NCBI RefSeq assembly: GCF_004010195.1 | Contig: NW_025215354.1 | Span: forward strand, 56,777 to 118,754 | Source of the DNA: Chiloscyllium plagiosum | Taxonomy: Eukaryota | DNA: 61,978 bases | Reading direction: 5' to 3' | Shown: positions 59,299 through 61,978 of the stretch, one piece after another | Layout: the number at the start of each line of letters is the position of its first letter | Position numbering within the stretch: the stretch's first letter is position 1 | The notes under the pieces: model-generated | What the model was told of the DNA's origin: nothing | Databases searched by the model: none | What the model saw: the letters and a program-made list of their open reading frames with translations, nothing else | Translations under genes and position numbers: made by a program

Positions 59299-61859
59299 AC
59301 CCATTGTATTGTCCCCATTGTACTGTCCCCATTGCCCTGTCCCCATTGCCCTGTCCCCATTGCCCTGTCCCCATTGCACTGTCCCCATTGTACTGTCCCC
59401 ATTGTACTGTCCCCATTGCACTGTCCCCATTGCACTGTCCCCATTGCCCTGTCTCCATTGCACTGTCCCCATTGCACTGTCCCCATTGCACAGTCTCCAT
59501 TGTACTNNNNNNNNNNNNNNNNNNNNNNNNNNNNNNNNNNNNNNNNNNNNNNNNNNNNNNNNNNNNNNNNNNNNNNNNNNNNNNNNNNNNNNNNNNNNNN
59601 NNNNNNNNNNNNNNNNNNNNNNNNNNNNNNNNNNNNNNNNNNNNNNNNNNNNNNNNNNNNNNNNNNNNNNNNNNNNNNNNNNNNNNNNNNNNNNNNNNNN
59701 NNNNNNNNNNNNNNNNNNNNNNNNNNNNNNNNNNNNNNNNNNNNNNNNNNNNNNNNNNNNNNNNNNNNNNNNNNNNNNNNNNNNNNNNNNNNNNNNNNNN
59801 NNNNNNNNNNNNNNNNNNNNNNNNNNNNNNNNNNNNNNNNNNNNNNNNNNNNNNNNNNNNNNNNNNNNNNNNNNNNNNNNNNNNNNNNNNNNNNNNNNNN
59901 NNNNNNNNNNNNNNNNNNNNNNNNNNNNNNNNNNNNNNNNNNNNNNNNNNNNNNNNNNNNNNNNNNNNNNNNNNNNNNNNNNNNNNNNNNNNNNNNNNNN
60001 NNNNNNNNNNNNNNNNNNNNNNNNNNNNNNNNNNNNNNNNNNNNNNNNNNNNNNNNNNNNNNNNNNNNNNNNNNNNNNNNNNNNNNNNNNNNNNNNNNNN
60101 NNNNNNNNNNNNNNNNNNNNNNNNNNNNNNNNNNNNNNNNNNNNNNNNNNNNNNNNNNNNNNNNNNNNNNNNNNNNNNNNNNNNNNNNNNNNNNNNNNNN
60201 NNNNNNNNNNNNNNNNNNNNNNNNNNNNNNNNNNNNNNNNNNNNNNNNNNNNNNNNNNNNNNNNNNNNNNNNNNNNNNNNNNNNNNNNNNNNNNNNNNNN
60301 NNNNNNNNNNNNNNNNNNNNNNNNNNNNNNNNNNNNNNNNNNNNNNNNNNNNNNNNNNNNNNNNNNNNNNNNNNNNNNNNNNNNNNNNNNNNNNNNNNNN
60401 NNNNNNCCATTGCACTGTCCCCATTGTACTGTTCCCATTGTACAGTCCCCATTCCATTGTTCCCATTGCACTGTCCCCATTCTACGGTTCCCATTGCACT
60501 GTTCCCATTACACTATCCCCATTATACTGTTCCGATTGCACTGTCCCCATTCTACGGTTCCCATTGCACTGTTCCCATTACACTATCCCCATTATACTGT
60601 TCCGATTGCACTGTTCCCATTGCACAGTCCCGACTGCACTGTTCCCATTGTACTGTCCCTATCGTACTGTCCCCACTGCACTGTCCCCATTGCACTAACC
60701 CCATTGCACTGTCCCCATTGCACGGTTCCCATTGCACCGTTCCCACTGCACTGCCCTGATTGTCCTGTCCCCATTACACTGTCCCCATTGTACTGTCCCC
60801 ATTGTACAGTTCCCATTACACTGTCCCCATTGCACTGTTCCTACTGCACTGTCCTTATTGTCCTGTCCCCATTGCACTGGCCCATTATACTGTTCCCATT
60901 GTACTGCTTCCAATGTACTCTCCCCATTGCACTGTTCCCATTGTACTCTCCCCATTGCACTATTCCCATTTTGCTGTCCCCATTGCGCTGTCCCCATTGC
61001 ACTGTCCCCATTGTACTGATCCATTGCACTGTCCCCATTGCACTGTTCCCATTGCACTATTCCCAGTGCACTATCCCCATTGCACTGTCCCCATTCACTG
61101 TCCCCATTGCACTGTCCCCATTGCACTGTCCCCATTGCACTGTCCCCATTGCACTGTCCCCATTGCACTGTCCCCATTGTACAGTTCCCATTGTACAGTC
61201 CCCATTGCACTGTCCTGATTGTCCTCACCCCATTGTACTGTCCCAGTTCCCATTGTACAGTCCCCATTCCATTGTTCCCATTGCACTGTCCCCATTGTAC
61301 AGTTCCCATTGCACTGTCCCCATTGTACAGTTCCCATTGTACAGTCCCCATTCCATTGTTCCCATTGCACTGTCCCCATTCTACGGTTCCCATTGCACTG
61401 TTCCCATTACACTATCCCCATTCCACTGTTCCGATTGCACTGTTCCGATTGCACTGTCCCTATCGTACTGTCACCATTGCACTGTCCCCATTTTACTGCC
61501 CTGATTGTCCTGTCCCCACTGCACTGTCCCCATTGCACTAACCCCATTGTACTGTCCCCATTGTACTGTCCCCATTGCACTGTCCCCATTGCACTATCCC
61601 CATTGCACTGTCGCCATTCACTGTCCCCATTGCACTGTCCCCATTGCACTGTTCCCATTGCACTGTTCCCATTGCACTATTCCCAGTGCACTATCCCCAT
61701 TCACTGTCCCCATTACACTGTCCCCATTGCACTGTCCCCATTGCCCGGTCCATATTTTACTGTCCCCATTGCACTGTCCCCATTGTACTGATCCATTGCA
61801 CTTTCCCCATTGCACTGTTCCCATTGCACTCTTCCCATTACACTGTCCCCATTGTACTG
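59299..61859. repeat. 14-bp satellite (ccccattgcactgt)n, spanning the gap at 59507-60406
   Basis: Period 14 with diverged variants on both sides of the gap. Confidence 0.95.
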
Positions 61860-61978
61860 ATGTCGTGTCAGGAATTATCTTGAATGCCTCTCTCAGGGAG
61901 TAGGATGACACTCAAGCTGACAGAGGAGAAAGGGAAGCGACTCGCTGATGTTGAGTTGACTTCTCTATAAAATCTCCA

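Noticed and set aside
59060..61911. Long Cys/His/Pro-rich ORFs (up to 814 aa)
   Set aside because: Translations of the 14-bp satellite plus an N gap; open in most frames, so not evidence of a gene.

Overview
Vertebrate (elasmobranch, i.e. shark/ray) genomic DNA; the lineage is inferred from abundant HE1 V-SINEs and HER1/CR1 LINEs. The window holds the 3' two-thirds of a sodium/glucose cotransporter gene, most likely slc5a1 (SGLT1), on the + strand. Ten coding exons (equivalent to human exons 6-15) run from 3633 to the stop at 53353, all GT-AG and phase-consistent, with a poly(A) signal at 53796; exons 1-5 lie upstream of the window. Introns are mostly transposon debris: CR1/HER1 LINEs, three SINE families, a decayed Gypsy pol, a solo LTR, Tc1/mariner MITEs and a probable Helentron-type element. 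There are also four tandem arrays (30, 52, 24 and 14 bp units) and three assembly gaps. The most notable non-obvious signals are: (i) a set of very short, often fold-back Penelope-derived insertions with 12-16 bp target-site duplications, several carrying recognisable minimal hammerhead ribozymes, one with a ribozyme on each strand; (ii) a ~100-bp near-identical inverted repeat bracketing exon 6; (iii) a ~2-kb minisatellite that grew from the inside of a single SINE. Repeat family names come from recalled consensus features, not database searches, and repeat boundaries are approximate unless a TSD is quoted.
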